A stretch of 64,000 nt of DNA from a virus: IMG/VR virus record IMGVR_UViG_3300027608_000016, positions 1-64,000 of that record. One strand, given 5' to 3'. Within the stretch, counting starts at the first letter, position 1; the number at the start of each line of letters is the position of its first letter. Shown piece by piece: positions 10,678 to 19,736 of this stretch. The notes beneath the pieces are model-generated. The model was not told the DNA's origin and made no database searches. It saw only the letters and a program-made list of their open reading frames with translations. The position numbers were made by a program, and so were the translations under genes.

Positions 10678-10706
10678 TATTTAAGCATGTTAGCAGAAAT
10701 TGTCAA
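10678..10706 (-). promoter_or_regulatory. Promoter of the intervening endonuclease, TTGACA-N17-TAAATA
   Basis: Perfect -35 plus TAAATA, 7 nt upstream of ATG 10670. Confidence 0.65.
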
Positions 10707-10712
10707 ACTCTA

Positions 10713-11144
10713 TCAGGGTTGCCTAAGACTTAGTAGATCAACAAAACTTTTCAGTTTCACACATTCGATTTCACCAGTTTTCTTATTCCTTATTTTAATC
10801 TCTGAATCACTTCTCAAACATTTTCCGGCTTGTCTAGAACTCAATAAAACGACGAACCTATTGTTCTGCAAGCTCTTTAAAACCCTTTTTTGGGCTGGAT
10901 AAAGTTCGATGGTTTCTTTACCTCTATCTAGATTTACAATCGTGAAATGATTTTCTGCGAAGTGGACTATGTTATCTCTACATTTTTTCAATTCTTTAAC
11001 CATTGCTGGTGTAAAATTAAATTGAGCATTTTCCTTCGGGAGTTTTTTGTCACCCCTATAAAAATCCCTCTCGTTTATCGGAACGTTATTGATAACATCG
11101 TCCGCATTTACCAATTCTAATTTAGTTGCGTCATCTTCTGACAT
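10713..11144 (-). CDS. gp17: Terminase large subunit N-terminal part, fused to split-intein N-fragment
   Basis: LYPAQ adenine-binding motif and Walker A SRQAGK, then CLRSDSEIKIRN (intein block A) and a stop 35 aa later. Confidence 0.93.
   Translation of the reverse strand: MSEDDATKLELVNADDVINNVPINERDFYRGDKKLPKENAQFNFTPAMVKELKKCRDNIVHFAENHFTIVNLDRGKETIELYPAQKRVLKSLQNNRFVVLLSSRQAGKCLRSDSEIKIRNKKTGEIECVKLKSFVDLLSLRQP
10716..10820 (-). mobile_element. Split intein N-fragment (IntN, 35 aa)
   Basis: Starts with Cys1 immediately after the Walker A Lys: CLRSDSEIKIRNKKTGEIECVKLKSFVDLLSLRQP. Confidence 0.9.
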
Positions 11145-11160
11145 ACAACCTTATTTAACA

Positions 11161-11859
11161 TCACACTTCAAATTCTTCTTCGAAATGTGACTCCCCTCCT
11201 ACACATTTAATCATATCATTTTTCCATTTTTCGTCTCTGTGAGGAACATCTTGCCAACGCATTTTAGCCTTTCTCCACACCGTTTTGCGTTTATTTTTAT
11301 GAATTTTATTTAGAAACCTTGATTTCGATATTTTACCAGTTGAGAATATAGAAACGTTAGAGCATGTAAAAAGAGGGTATAAAGATTCCAATTCATCATC
11401 AGTATAGAATGATCCTTCGTCAACCAATAATACATCTGGTCGCAATCCTCTGATATTAGAATCCAATGAAGTTTTAGAAATAAATTTTATAGAAGAGAGA
11501 TTATCAAAAACTATCCCATTTTTACCATATCTAAATACACCACACTTTAAAAAATGTGGCAAATTATCATATGCAAGCTTAATATCTTTTAACGAACGTG
11601 ATGCATGTTCATAGGTATTTGTTGTGATTGCAACATTACATCCGTTTTTCGTAATACAATTCCATAATGCGTATATATTCAACAGTGTAGTCTTTCCGCA
11701 TTGTCTTGGGAATCTAATAGCGTTTAAACGATTATTAGAAATTCTTTTCAATATCCTTTTTTGTGCTGGATAAAGTTTAATAATTCCTGCACCTCTATCT
11801 AGATTTACATTCGTGAAATAGTTTTCCGCGAATGTTATTATATCAATTTTCTCACTCAT
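11161..11859 (-). CDS. Second, intein-free TerL-like ATPase domain (no nuclease domain)
   Basis: LYPAQ, PRQCGKT, LLVDE, IFSTG, W..VPHRDEKWK...FEEEF. Ends where the gp17 nuclease domain would begin. Confidence 0.85.
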   Translation of the reverse strand: MSEKIDIITFAENYFTNVNLDRGAGIIKLYPAQKRILKRISNNRLNAIRFPRQCGKTTLLNIYALWNCITKNGCNVAITTNTYEHASRSLKDIKLAYDNLPHFLKCGVFRYGKNGIVFDNLSSIKFISKTSLDSNIRGLRPDVLLVDEGSFYTDDELESLYPLFTCSNVSIFSTGKISKSRFLNKIHKNKRKTVWRKAKMRWQDVPHRDEKWKNDMIKCVGGESHFEEEFEV

Positions 11860-11862
11860 AAA

Positions 11863-12282
11863 TTACATTTCATCACAGTCGCCGCTCATATCATTCATAT
11901 CACCAGCTTGATTGTTCATAATATTGAAAAAAGCGAATCTGAAATTTTCCATTAATGCATCTTTATCCTTTGTATTTTCAGCGTGCATTAAAAATACTCT
12001 GTTGTCAGTTAAATCGTAACCAACCGTGATATAACATTTCAAATACTCCCTGTTTATATTGTGTAAATGTGCTATATCCGCTTTTTTTACGTTTTCGACA
12101 GATACAGTCTCGTAAAATTGATTGAATGCTTGCTGAATCAGCTTTTGAATCTCAGGGTCTATTATTTTAGGTTCTGGCTCAACCTTACTAAGTTTATCAG
12201 TCACCTTTTTTTCTGGTTTCAATATTTTTTTGAGGGAATTATTTTTTTTACCCTTTGGAGAATTTTCAGAATCTTTAGGCAT
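11863..12282 (-). CDS. Hypothetical protein
   Basis: ORF in operon orientation with a TAAGTA element upstream. Confidence 0.7.
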   Translation of the reverse strand: MPKDSENSPKGKKNNSLKKILKPEKKVTDKLSKVEPEPKIIDPEIQKLIQQAFNQFYETVSVENVKKADIAHLHNINREYLKCYITVGYDLTDNRVFLMHAENTKDKDALMENFRFAFFNIMNNQAGDMNDMSGDCDEM

Positions 12283-12307
12283 ATAATTACTTATCTATAA
12301 CGGTGGT

Positions 12308-12643
12308 TTATTTCTTTCTCCTTTTATTATATTCTGAGGTTTTATTGTTGATCCCGTATTTCATTAATAATTCCGCCAGAACTTCAAAAGATAAAGTTTT
12401 AATCTTTAGTTTATGCGGTAAAAATTGCCCACCATCAGTTAACTCTAAAAATGGTTCTCTGTCTCCGAAAATAGGATCACCAGAATATGCTGTGCAAAAT
12501 AAAGTGCTCACTTGAGGATCGATTATTATCGTCCAAAGTCTAGAATCACTTTCGCCATACTCATCAAACACCTTAAACGCATAATATCCACTATCTCTTA
12601 ATCTTTTAAGAAAGTATCCCAACGTTGTTAACTTGTTAGCCAT
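12308..12643 (-). CDS. Hypothetical protein
   Basis: ORF with its own promoter-like element. Confidence 0.7.
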   Translation of the reverse strand: MANKLTTLGYFLKRLRDSGYYAFKVFDEYGESDSRLWTIIIDPQVSTLFCTAYSGDPIFGDREPFLELTDGGQFLPHKLKIKTLSFEVLAELLMKYGINNKTSEYNKRRKK

Positions 12644-12684
12644 AATATATTAACTTATCAATTTCTATGTCTATTTCAACTATA

Positions 12685-13425
12685 TTATTTAGTCAGAGCA
12701 GAGATTATGAATTTTATCAAAACATCACCTTCTTTGATTTCGAAAATGGTTATTTTGAATTTACTGTTAAATGAAACCTTTATCTTCGATGTTTTAAGTC
12801 CGCTTATCATCCTAACAGAATCTAATTTAAGCGGTATCGGCGTTGTTATATCATCCCCCTCAAACTCTGTAGATATTTGATACGTTATATTGTTTATGTT
12901 AGGTGTTTCTCTGTCGTTAAGTTCAGCATAAACTTTACCTTCTTTAGTGAAAAGATATAACTTGTTAGAATCTGAAGTTATTGCACATCCCTTCATGACA
13001 TCATTAAATTTAGATATTGTCAAATCGAAACTGGTTTGATAATCTAAAGAATTTATTTTGTTTATGTTTAAAGTGTTTTTAGGTATATAACCATCTTCTA
13101 AAAGATAATAAACGAAATTGAAACTGCCATCGTCTTTATACGATATATTGTTATCGTTTATAGTCACCTCGAAAACATCCTTTTCTACAAAATCTAAAAG
13201 TCTAACAAACTTTTTAAGGTCTGGTATATTCAATTTCAATGGTTCTGCAATTTTCGATTGCATTTCCATTTTTGCATATACTACAACATCACCATTTTGG
13301 GAATTGCATATAGTATTAACATTATCTGATTCTAAATTCAGACATATATTATCTGCTAGTCTACTAACAGGATTCAGCAATTTTTCGATGAAAGATTCTT
13401 TTTCTACGATAATATGTTCGCTCAT
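12685..13425 (-). CDS. DNA polymerase sliding clamp, gp45-like
   Basis: 246 aa, LNIPDLKKFVRLL motif, C-terminal FIISAL, alternating beta pattern, replication context. Confidence 0.65.
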   Translation of the reverse strand: MSEHIIVEKESFIEKLLNPVSRLADNICLNLESDNVNTICNSQNGDVVVYAKMEMQSKIAEPLKLNIPDLKKFVRLLDFVEKDVFEVTINDNNISYKDDGSFNFVYYLLEDGYIPKNTLNINKINSLDYQTSFDLTISKFNDVMKGCAITSDSNKLYLFTKEGKVYAELNDRETPNINNITYQISTEFEGDDITTPIPLKLDSVRMISGLKTSKIKVSFNSKFKITIFEIKEGDVLIKFIISALTK

Positions 13426-13427
13426 CG

Positions 13428-13838
13428 TTACAGTATAACAGAATCAGTTTGTTTATCAAGTTTATTACACAAGGATTTACTTACTCTATCTACAGCTTTA
13501 GCAAAAATCAAAGCAGCATCAGCTATTTTAGCCATTGTTTTAGGGTCTAAATTTATTGGTGCTGCATTCACAAAAGGGGCATGTGCTGTTTGTTGTGTTT
13601 CAACAGGAACAGAAGGAGGAGGCATTGGATATCTCTCCAATGCCTCCTTGTTTATTTGATCTTGTATAATTTGCCTCTGTTGGTCTACTTTGGGTTGATG
13701 CCCTTTTATAAACGATTGAGGGTTTAATTTATTGGCAGGGCCAGTAGATGCTTGCTGTGTGGTGTTTTTATCTATCTCACGCAGGTTAGCACTAGCTAAT
13801 CCTGCCATCATTACTGCTGCAATATCGTCTTCGTTCAT
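13428..13838 (-). CDS. Hypothetical protein
   Basis: ORF in operon orientation. Confidence 0.65.
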   Translation of the reverse strand: MNEDDIAAVMMAGLASANLREIDKNTTQQASTGPANKLNPQSFIKGHQPKVDQQRQIIQDQINKEALERYPMPPPSVPVETQQTAHAPFVNAAPINLDPKTMAKIADAALIFAKAVDRVSKSLCNKLDKQTDSVIL

Positions 13839-13856
13839 AATATCTTATTTAACTGC

Positions 13857-14747
13857 TTACGTTAAATCTGCAAGTAAAGCTTTCAATTTAGCATCAGTAT
13901 CGTCATCTACATCTGTTGTTTCTGAGGTTTCTACTGATTCAGTTGCCTCTTCGGTTTTCGTTTTCTTGGATGATGCTTTAACTTCAGTTTTTTCAGCTTC
14001 TTCCGTTTCAGTGTTTTCAACATCCTTTGTGCAGAAGAAATGTTCGTCTAACATTCTTTGTAGTTCTGCTGAAGACTTTTTCTTGTTGAATTTTGTCATG
14101 TCAATAACTCCTGCATGAATCTCAGCAAGTTTTTCATCTGTGATTTCCTCAAGTGTAGAGGGTGACATGAACTTAGAAGAAACATATGTGGTGTATTTAG
14201 ATTTACCAGCAACAGCAGACTTTGCTTCACATTTAATCTTTAAAGTGCAACCATTCTGCACATCAAAAACTTTAATACCGAACTCTTCAGCGTCTTCACC
14301 ACTAATAGCAGAGTCTATGATCTTAGCTAACTCTTTACCATAACGAACCACTTTGATTTTTCCGTTATTTTCAGGGTTTACAGGATCAGAAACAATATAT
14401 GCGTTTACCATCCAGTTTTCCTTTCTTGAAATGGCTTTATTGGCCAATTTCTCTGCCTCGTCGCCATTCCTGTATATTTTCAATACGTAATTATCTATAG
14501 GGCAACTCTCTCCGTATGTAGTAGGACATAAAGCCGTCACAAACTGTCCTGTGGAGTTGCTAGTCCATGAGTGGTGAAAGTAGTGATATCTTGTCTTTCT
14601 TCCTTCTGCTAGGTTAGGAATCAATCTAACTAGATATGTATTTCCCGCTTGAAACTTCATGATATCCTTAAATGAAGATTCTTGTTTTTCACCTTCAGAG
14701 TTTTTAATGTCGTCAAATGCGTCGAGTAGTGTTTTAATGTTTGTCAT
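13857..14747 (-). CDS. gp32: Single-stranded DNA-binding protein, T4 gp32-like
   Basis: VRLIP, H...CPTTYGESCPI Zn site, DPVNPENNGK, acidic C-terminal tail. Confidence 0.9.
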   Translation of the reverse strand: MTNIKTLLDAFDDIKNSEGEKQESSFKDIMKFQAGNTYLVRLIPNLAEGRKTRYHYFHHSWTSNSTGQFVTALCPTTYGESCPIDNYVLKIYRNGDEAEKLANKAISRKENWMVNAYIVSDPVNPENNGKIKVVRYGKELAKIIDSAISGEDAEEFGIKVFDVQNGCTLKIKCEAKSAVAGKSKYTTYVSSKFMSPSTLEEITDEKLAEIHAGVIDMTKFNKKKSSAELQRMLDEHFFCTKDVENTETEEAEKTEVKASSKKTKTEEATESVETSETTDVDDDTDAKLKALLADLT

Positions 14748-14796
14748 ATTTTTAATTTATTGTTGAGTTAGTATTGTATATTAGTTTTTAGGTTTT

Positions 14797-15450
14797 TCAA
14801 GTGCTTTTAAGAACTTTTTCTACAAAACTTCTAATTTTTTCGTAGGCAGTCCTCAAAAAAGGTTTTAATTTAGAATGTATATAATTAGTCTTCAACGTGA
14901 AAAAATCTTGATTTGTTTTACCGAAAAATAATTGCTGTTCTTCTTCTGGAATCTCGTTTAGATGCTCTAATATATTCGGAAACTCCATCAAAGAGTATAT
15001 ATTAATATCACCATTCTTGATATGATATACCCAAACTGGATGAATACCTGTTTTAGTATATCCAATATAATCATCGAATTGTATTTTATTAGATATGCAA
15101 TATTTACCGATAAAACTCAAAGATTTTTTCACATCTTCAGAATGTTGTTCAGGAGATAACTTACTCAATTCTTGTTTATATATAGTATATGTTTTGATGG
15201 CTCTTGGGGATGCAAAGTATTGTAAATCGAAATAATCAACATCCAAATAAAGTTTATATGGTGCGCTAAAATACATGTCCATATTAACTTCAGGATATCT
15301 AGAAAAGAATATTGCTAATTTTTTGACATATGGATATTTGGAATCCTCTTCAAAATCTTTAAAGTTTTCTCTAAGTCTATAAGCCTTTTTCCTAATCGAT
15401 CTGGAAATAGCCATATGCTTATTGTAAATTCTTTTTTCTAATTCTGTCAT
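14797..15450 (-). CDS. Possible helicase loader, gp59-like
   Basis: Position next to gp32, size 217 aa, VKKLAIFF; weak motif support. Confidence 0.4.
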   Translation of the reverse strand: MTELEKRIYNKHMAISRSIRKKAYRLRENFKDFEEDSKYPYVKKLAIFFSRYPEVNMDMYFSAPYKLYLDVDYFDLQYFASPRAIKTYTIYKQELSKLSPEQHSEDVKKSLSFIGKYCISNKIQFDDYIGYTKTGIHPVWVYHIKNGDINIYSLMEFPNILEHLNEIPEEEQQLFFGKTNQDFFTLKTNYIHSKLKPFLRTAYEKIRSFVEKVLKST

Positions 15451-15785
15451 GTTTTCTTTTGTTTCTTAGATTTCTCGAATAACTTTTTAGTGTTTTTAGA
15501 TTTTATCAAAATCGGATATAATTTCAAAACCCCTAAAAAAGCATCCCTTTCGGATTCTGCACCTGTCATCTCGACAAATATATCACGTAATCTATAATTT
15601 TCAAGTATTGTTAGAAACAAAACGGACGAATTCACTCTTTTATTATTTATCATCGATAAATAAGAACCAAATTTTAAAACATTGATAATAAATTCTTTGC
15701 CACATATATTATCAAGCGGATCACTATTGCTTATGAAATTCTCCAATATTTTATCATTTAACATATGTTGGTAGTAATTAACCAC
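15447..15785 (-). CDS. Hypothetical protein
   Basis: ORF overlapping its neighbour's start (probable start 15764). Confidence 0.6.
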   Translation of the reverse strand: MVNYYQHMLNDKILENFISNSDPLDNICGKEFIINVLKFGSYLSMINNKRVNSSVLFLTILENYRLRDIFVEMTGAESERDAFLGVLKLYPILIKSKNTKKLFEKSKKQKKT

Positions 15786-15794
15786 ATATAAATA

Positions 15795-16676
15795 TTAAAT
15801 CAAATTCAAAGTTTTAGAAAATGTTTTGAATGCTTCTGTCGTTGCTGAACCACCAGAAGCACAAGCATGTCCACCACCATCACACAGTTTTTCAGCCAAT
15901 TTGGACAAGTCTAACTTGCAACCGTCTTTTTTCCTCATGGAAACCTTTCCACCTCTAGGCATTATGATAAATACTATATCAGACTCATATTTATTTAAAA
16001 GATGTTCGGATAATTCCTGTATATAATCATTTGAAATAGCGGAAACCACTTTATATTTCTCTTCTTTGGTTTCCAATAAGCCAGAATAAACCTCTCTCTT
16101 AGTATTCAAAAACTCGTCTTTAGTATTAATATAAAGATTGATCATATTCTTTTGAAATTTGTCGAAAGGTTTAAACCCTTTACTGTAATTCTCTATGAAA
16201 GAGTTTATCTTGTCATTAGTGCCATGAAACACCACATTCAATTCATAGGATAACGGGGTTTTTTTAGATGCTGAATCGTAATCGTCTGCTAACATTATTA
16301 ATATTTTTTGAGCATCCGTAAATTGAAATTCTTTGCCTAATGTATCCTTCAAAAGCTTTGCACAAGAAGTATAATTCTCTATTTTAGTTTTAGCCTTCTT
16401 ATATTCAAATGTGTTAGTGGCATGATGATCTATGATAACAACATTCTCAACATCTATAATTTCACCTAAATCGGAAGTATCTAAATCTAGGAAAAACACC
16501 TTTCTATAATCCTCGAATTTATTATTCTTCAACCAACCCGAAACATTCTCTCTCATTGTTGCTGGTGTTGTGGGGTATATAGACGGTTTATATCCCAATA
16601 TCCAACTTAACGTTAAATACGAGGCTACTCCGTCTAAATCTTTGTGAGTGAATATAATATCTTTAGAATTTGACAT
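15795..16676 (-). CDS. DHH-family phosphoesterase
   Basis: HKDLDG, FLDL, IDHH and C-terminal GGGHACASG (DHHA1). Confidence 0.9.
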   Translation of the reverse strand: MSNSKDIIFTHKDLDGVASYLTLSWILGYKPSIYPTTPATMRENVSGWLKNNKFEDYRKVFFLDLDTSDLGEIIDVENVVIIDHHATNTFEYKKAKTKIENYTSCAKLLKDTLGKEFQFTDAQKILIMLADDYDSASKKTPLSYELNVVFHGTNDKINSFIENYSKGFKPFDKFQKNMINLYINTKDEFLNTKREVYSGLLETKEEKYKVVSAISNDYIQELSEHLLNKYESDIVFIIMPRGGKVSMRKKDGCKLDLSKLAEKLCDGGGHACASGGSATTEAFKTFSKTLNLI

Positions 16677-16685
16677 ATTTTATAA

Positions 16686-18065
16686 TTATTCTATATCTTC
16701 CATTAGGTTTTCTAGGTTTGTTAAAGTGTCATTAGCACCTGAAACAACAGAATCAGTAGAATTCTCCGCAAAACAATCTTTGTTTGTTTCGATCATGGTC
16801 AATGTTTCATACTTAACCTTAAATGCCCAATTTCCAAAATTAGAACCGAATCTATTTTTCTGCATACCCATATTCAAAATCCCCAACTCTTTATCTTCGT
16901 CAGATTGCCATATAGAACATAGAATATCGCATGTTGCTGCTAATCCTATACTTTCAGATATGTTTTCCATTCCCGGATTATCTTTATTAAAACCTGCACG
17001 ATTCAATTGACTGGCTGAAATGAATGGAATATTATACTTGAACGCTAGTGCTCTCAATTGTTCCGCTATTTCCTTAACGGATTCATACGAATTGAGTCCC
17101 TTCGTTGAAGGATTTATCAGGTTCAAATAATCTATAATTACAACATCTGGTTTGAATCCATTATGTCTTAATTTATTTATGTAAGCATCTATTTGCCTTA
17201 CTGTTACAGCTTTAGGTGGAAATTCCTTAACAACTAATTTGCTGTTCAGTTTGGCCCCCACTTCCTGAATAGAGTTTTTCAACTCTTCAGAATATAATTT
17301 GAGATTGCTATGAGGAATTTGGGATATTTGAGAACTTATTCTTTTCGAATACATGAACTCAGACATTTCTAAAGATATTAACAACACGTTTTTACCTTTA
17401 AGTGTCATATTAGCTGCCAGATTTCCTAGAACTATACTTTTACCTACGTTAACTTGTCCTATAAAACAGGTTAAAGTTTTTGGAAACACACCACCTTCTA
17501 GCCTTGAATCTAAACTATTCCATCCTGTAGGGATAGGATGATATGTCGTTGTTAAATCTGTGATGTGTTTTTCAACGTCTTCAAAATACCAATGACCTAA
17601 ACTTTCTTGGAGAGAAATAGCATAAATTTTTTCAATGGATTTTAGAGTTTCATCTAAATCTATCACGCCTAATGTGTGTTGTTCAGCGGCAGTATCAATG
17701 GTTTTGTATAAACCTCTATCTTTCAGAAACTTTTCAGTATTAGCAAAAAGTTCTTCTTTATTAAATTCTACACTGAGAAGTTTCTGTGTTAATATTTTAG
17801 TTATTACGTTTTTATAAGAATTTTTATCTTCTGTTGTAGATAACCTCGACTTTAACTCTTCCAATGCTGGACATTCTCCTCTCTCCACAAAAAAACGGAA
17901 AATGTTTTTTATGAATTCTCTATTATTAGCATCCTTAAAATATTCTAAATCTACGTGATCTATTATAGCAGATAAGTATTCCTTATTTTTAAGGGCATTA
18001 ACTATTATAACTAATTCATAGTATTCATAATCTAATTTCTTAGGCTCTTCTTTTTTAGGAATCAT
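16686..18065 (-). CDS. gp41: Replicative DNA helicase, gp41/DnaB-like
   Basis: GQVNVGKS, SLEMSE, IIDYLNL, SQLNR, KNRFG. Confidence 0.95.
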   Translation of the reverse strand: MIPKKEEPKKLDYEYYELVIIVNALKNKEYLSAIIDHVDLEYFKDANNREFIKNIFRFFVERGECPALEELKSRLSTTEDKNSYKNVITKILTQKLLSVEFNKEELFANTEKFLKDRGLYKTIDTAAEQHTLGVIDLDETLKSIEKIYAISLQESLGHWYFEDVEKHITDLTTTYHPIPTGWNSLDSRLEGGVFPKTLTCFIGQVNVGKSIVLGNLAANMTLKGKNVLLISLEMSEFMYSKRISSQISQIPHSNLKLYSEELKNSIQEVGAKLNSKLVVKEFPPKAVTVRQIDAYINKLRHNGFKPDVVIIDYLNLINPSTKGLNSYESVKEIAEQLRALAFKYNIPFISASQLNRAGFNKDNPGMENISESIGLAATCDILCSIWQSDEDKELGILNMGMQKNRFGSNFGNWAFKVKYETLTMIETNKDCFAENSTDSVVSGANDTLTNLENLMEDIE

Positions 18066-18067
18066 AT

Positions 18068-19231
18068 TTATGCCTCATCTTCAACACCGTCTCCATCTTC
18101 GTCCAATTCATCCAACTCGTCTTTAATTGTGGTCGATACTAACGCTTTCTCTCCACCATATCTCAATTTATCGTTTAGAACCTTTTCCAATTCTGGCATT
18201 ATTTTCTCCCATATTTCAGCGTTCTTCTCGATATTCTTTCTAAATCCTAACGATTCACCATTATAAGAATATGATCTTCCTTCCTTTTTAATTACTTCAA
18301 ACGCTTCAGCTATATCAAACAATCCAGCATATGGGTCTAATCCAGTTTGAAAATTTAAATATAATTCAGTCTTTAAAAACGATGGTATGAATCTATTTTT
18401 CACTGTTAACGCTCCTAATGTAACACCTGAAACATTATGAGATATAGCTATAGAGTTCTCGTCTGGATTCTCCGAGGTTTTTTCTTGTTTAGTGCTCAAC
18501 TGAACCAACACAGAAGCCAAATAAACTGGCCCCTTACCTCCACTCTGAGTCTTTACTAGAGTTGGATACATTTCCATTCCATCGTATATGTGGTTACTAA
18601 ACATTATAGGAACTCTTGCTTTAGCCGCTTTATAAGTCAATGCTCTCATCATAGACTTAATAGCTTTTGCTCGTTGTCCCATATCAGATGCACTTTTATC
18701 GTTTTCAGCATCTTTAATTTCCTTAGCAGACGCCAAATTACCCAAAGAATCTATAGATATAATAAATTTATTCCTCTTTCTGTTTTCTGGATTTTCATCA
18801 TTAGATTTTATGATATTATCTAAAAATTTACTAATCTGGTTTCGACACTCTTCGATGGTTTCTATTGGGTAATACTTCACTCTCTTGGGATTAACACCGA
18901 CTGCTACTGCCCCTTTTTTATCTACTGCAACCTCAGAATCCCAAATAACTCCTACATATCCATCTTTTTGAGCGTTGGCTATGACTTTATTCATGATAAA
19001 TGTCTTACCAGTTTGACTTGGCCCCGAAAATCCTGTTATTCTTCCTGTAGGAATTCCACCATATAGAGAACCTGATATGATCGCATTCAATGCATAACAT
19101 CCAGTAGATATAAACCCATCAGGCGTAGATAATGTAGTAGAATCTAATGTTTCTGCGTCAGGATTCATCTTGTCAACATCACCAAAGATGCTGTTGAACC
19201 CTGATAAGTCGTCTTTTTCTTTTTTTGCCAT
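18068..19231 (-). CDS. uvsX: RecA-like recombinase UvsX
   Basis: GPSQTGKT, DSE, IDSLGNL, DMGQRAK. Confidence 0.95.
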   Translation of the reverse strand: MAKKEKDDLSGFNSIFGDVDKMNPDAETLDSTTLSTPDGFISTGCYALNAIISGSLYGGIPTGRITGFSGPSQTGKTFIMNKVIANAQKDGYVGVIWDSEVAVDKKGAVAVGVNPKRVKYYPIETIEECRNQISKFLDNIIKSNDENPENRKRNKFIISIDSLGNLASAKEIKDAENDKSASDMGQRAKAIKSMMRALTYKAAKARVPIMFSNHIYDGMEMYPTLVKTQSGGKGPVYLASVLVQLSTKQEKTSENPDENSIAISHNVSGVTLGALTVKNRFIPSFLKTELYLNFQTGLDPYAGLFDIAEAFEVIKKEGRSYSYNGESLGFRKNIEKNAEIWEKIMPELEKVLNDKLRYGGEKALVSTTIKDELDELDEDGDGVEDEA

Positions 19232-19262
19232 AATATATAATTTTGTAATAACCTAATATTGA

Positions 19263-19297
19263 AAAAGGGTGGTGGGGTTATTATCCACCACCCTTTT
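19263..19297. terminator. Intrinsic terminator (potentially bidirectional)
   Basis: Perfect 13-bp inverted repeat aaaagggtggtgg / ccaccaccctttt with T/A tracts on both sides. Confidence 0.85.
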
Positions 19298-19320
19298 ATT
19301 TTCCGTCTTCTTTAAGTTTA

Positions 19321-19692
19321 TTAATTGTTATCGTCGAACAATTTTATTATCGGTGTATCATTTCCTGTTTGTTTGGGTGTGATTATAGGAGATGGATTAA
19401 ACATCTGCTTGTATTGTGCAGCAACCTTAAAGTCATATACAATAGGTGCATACAGCGAGATTATATTTCTGTTATAATGAACAATGGTATCTGCTTCTTT
19501 ATCAGCCTGAAACTCCTTGAAGAAGAGTGGCAGAATCTGAAGTCTTATTTGTCCAGTTCTTTCATCTGGCATGATGTGAATCACAGCAGGATTGGTTATT
19601 GCTAATGTTTTATCGGTTGATAAAGAAGTATTCTCAATTCCGATGATTGTTCTTTGTAGACTGTCTAGTAATGTTGTTAATGTTGGTTCCAT
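19321..19692 (-). CDS. Hypothetical protein of a type common in T4-like phages
   Basis: C-terminal YKQMFNPSPIITP; own promoter. Confidence 0.7.
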   Translation of the reverse strand: MEPTLTTLLDSLQRTIIGIENTSLSTDKTLAITNPAVIHIMPDERTGQIRLQILPLFFKEFQADKEADTIVHYNRNIISLYAPIVYDFKVAAQYKQMFNPSPIITPKQTGNDTPIIKLFDDNN

Positions 19693-19705
19693 ATGTTCAG
19701 ATTGT

Positions 19706-19733
19706 ATCTTACCATAAAATTATCATTTTTCAA
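19706..19733 (-). promoter_or_regulatory. sigma70-type promoter TTGAAA-N16-TAAGAT
   Basis: Read directly; 13 nt upstream of ATG 19692. Confidence 0.65.
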
Positions 19734-19736
19734 GTC

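Noticed and set aside
9397-10712. Group I intron explanation for the interrupted terminase
   Set aside because: The flanks encode clear intein blocks (Cys1; His-Asn/Ser), and the endonuclease ORF leaves almost no non-coding sequence for a ribozyme core.
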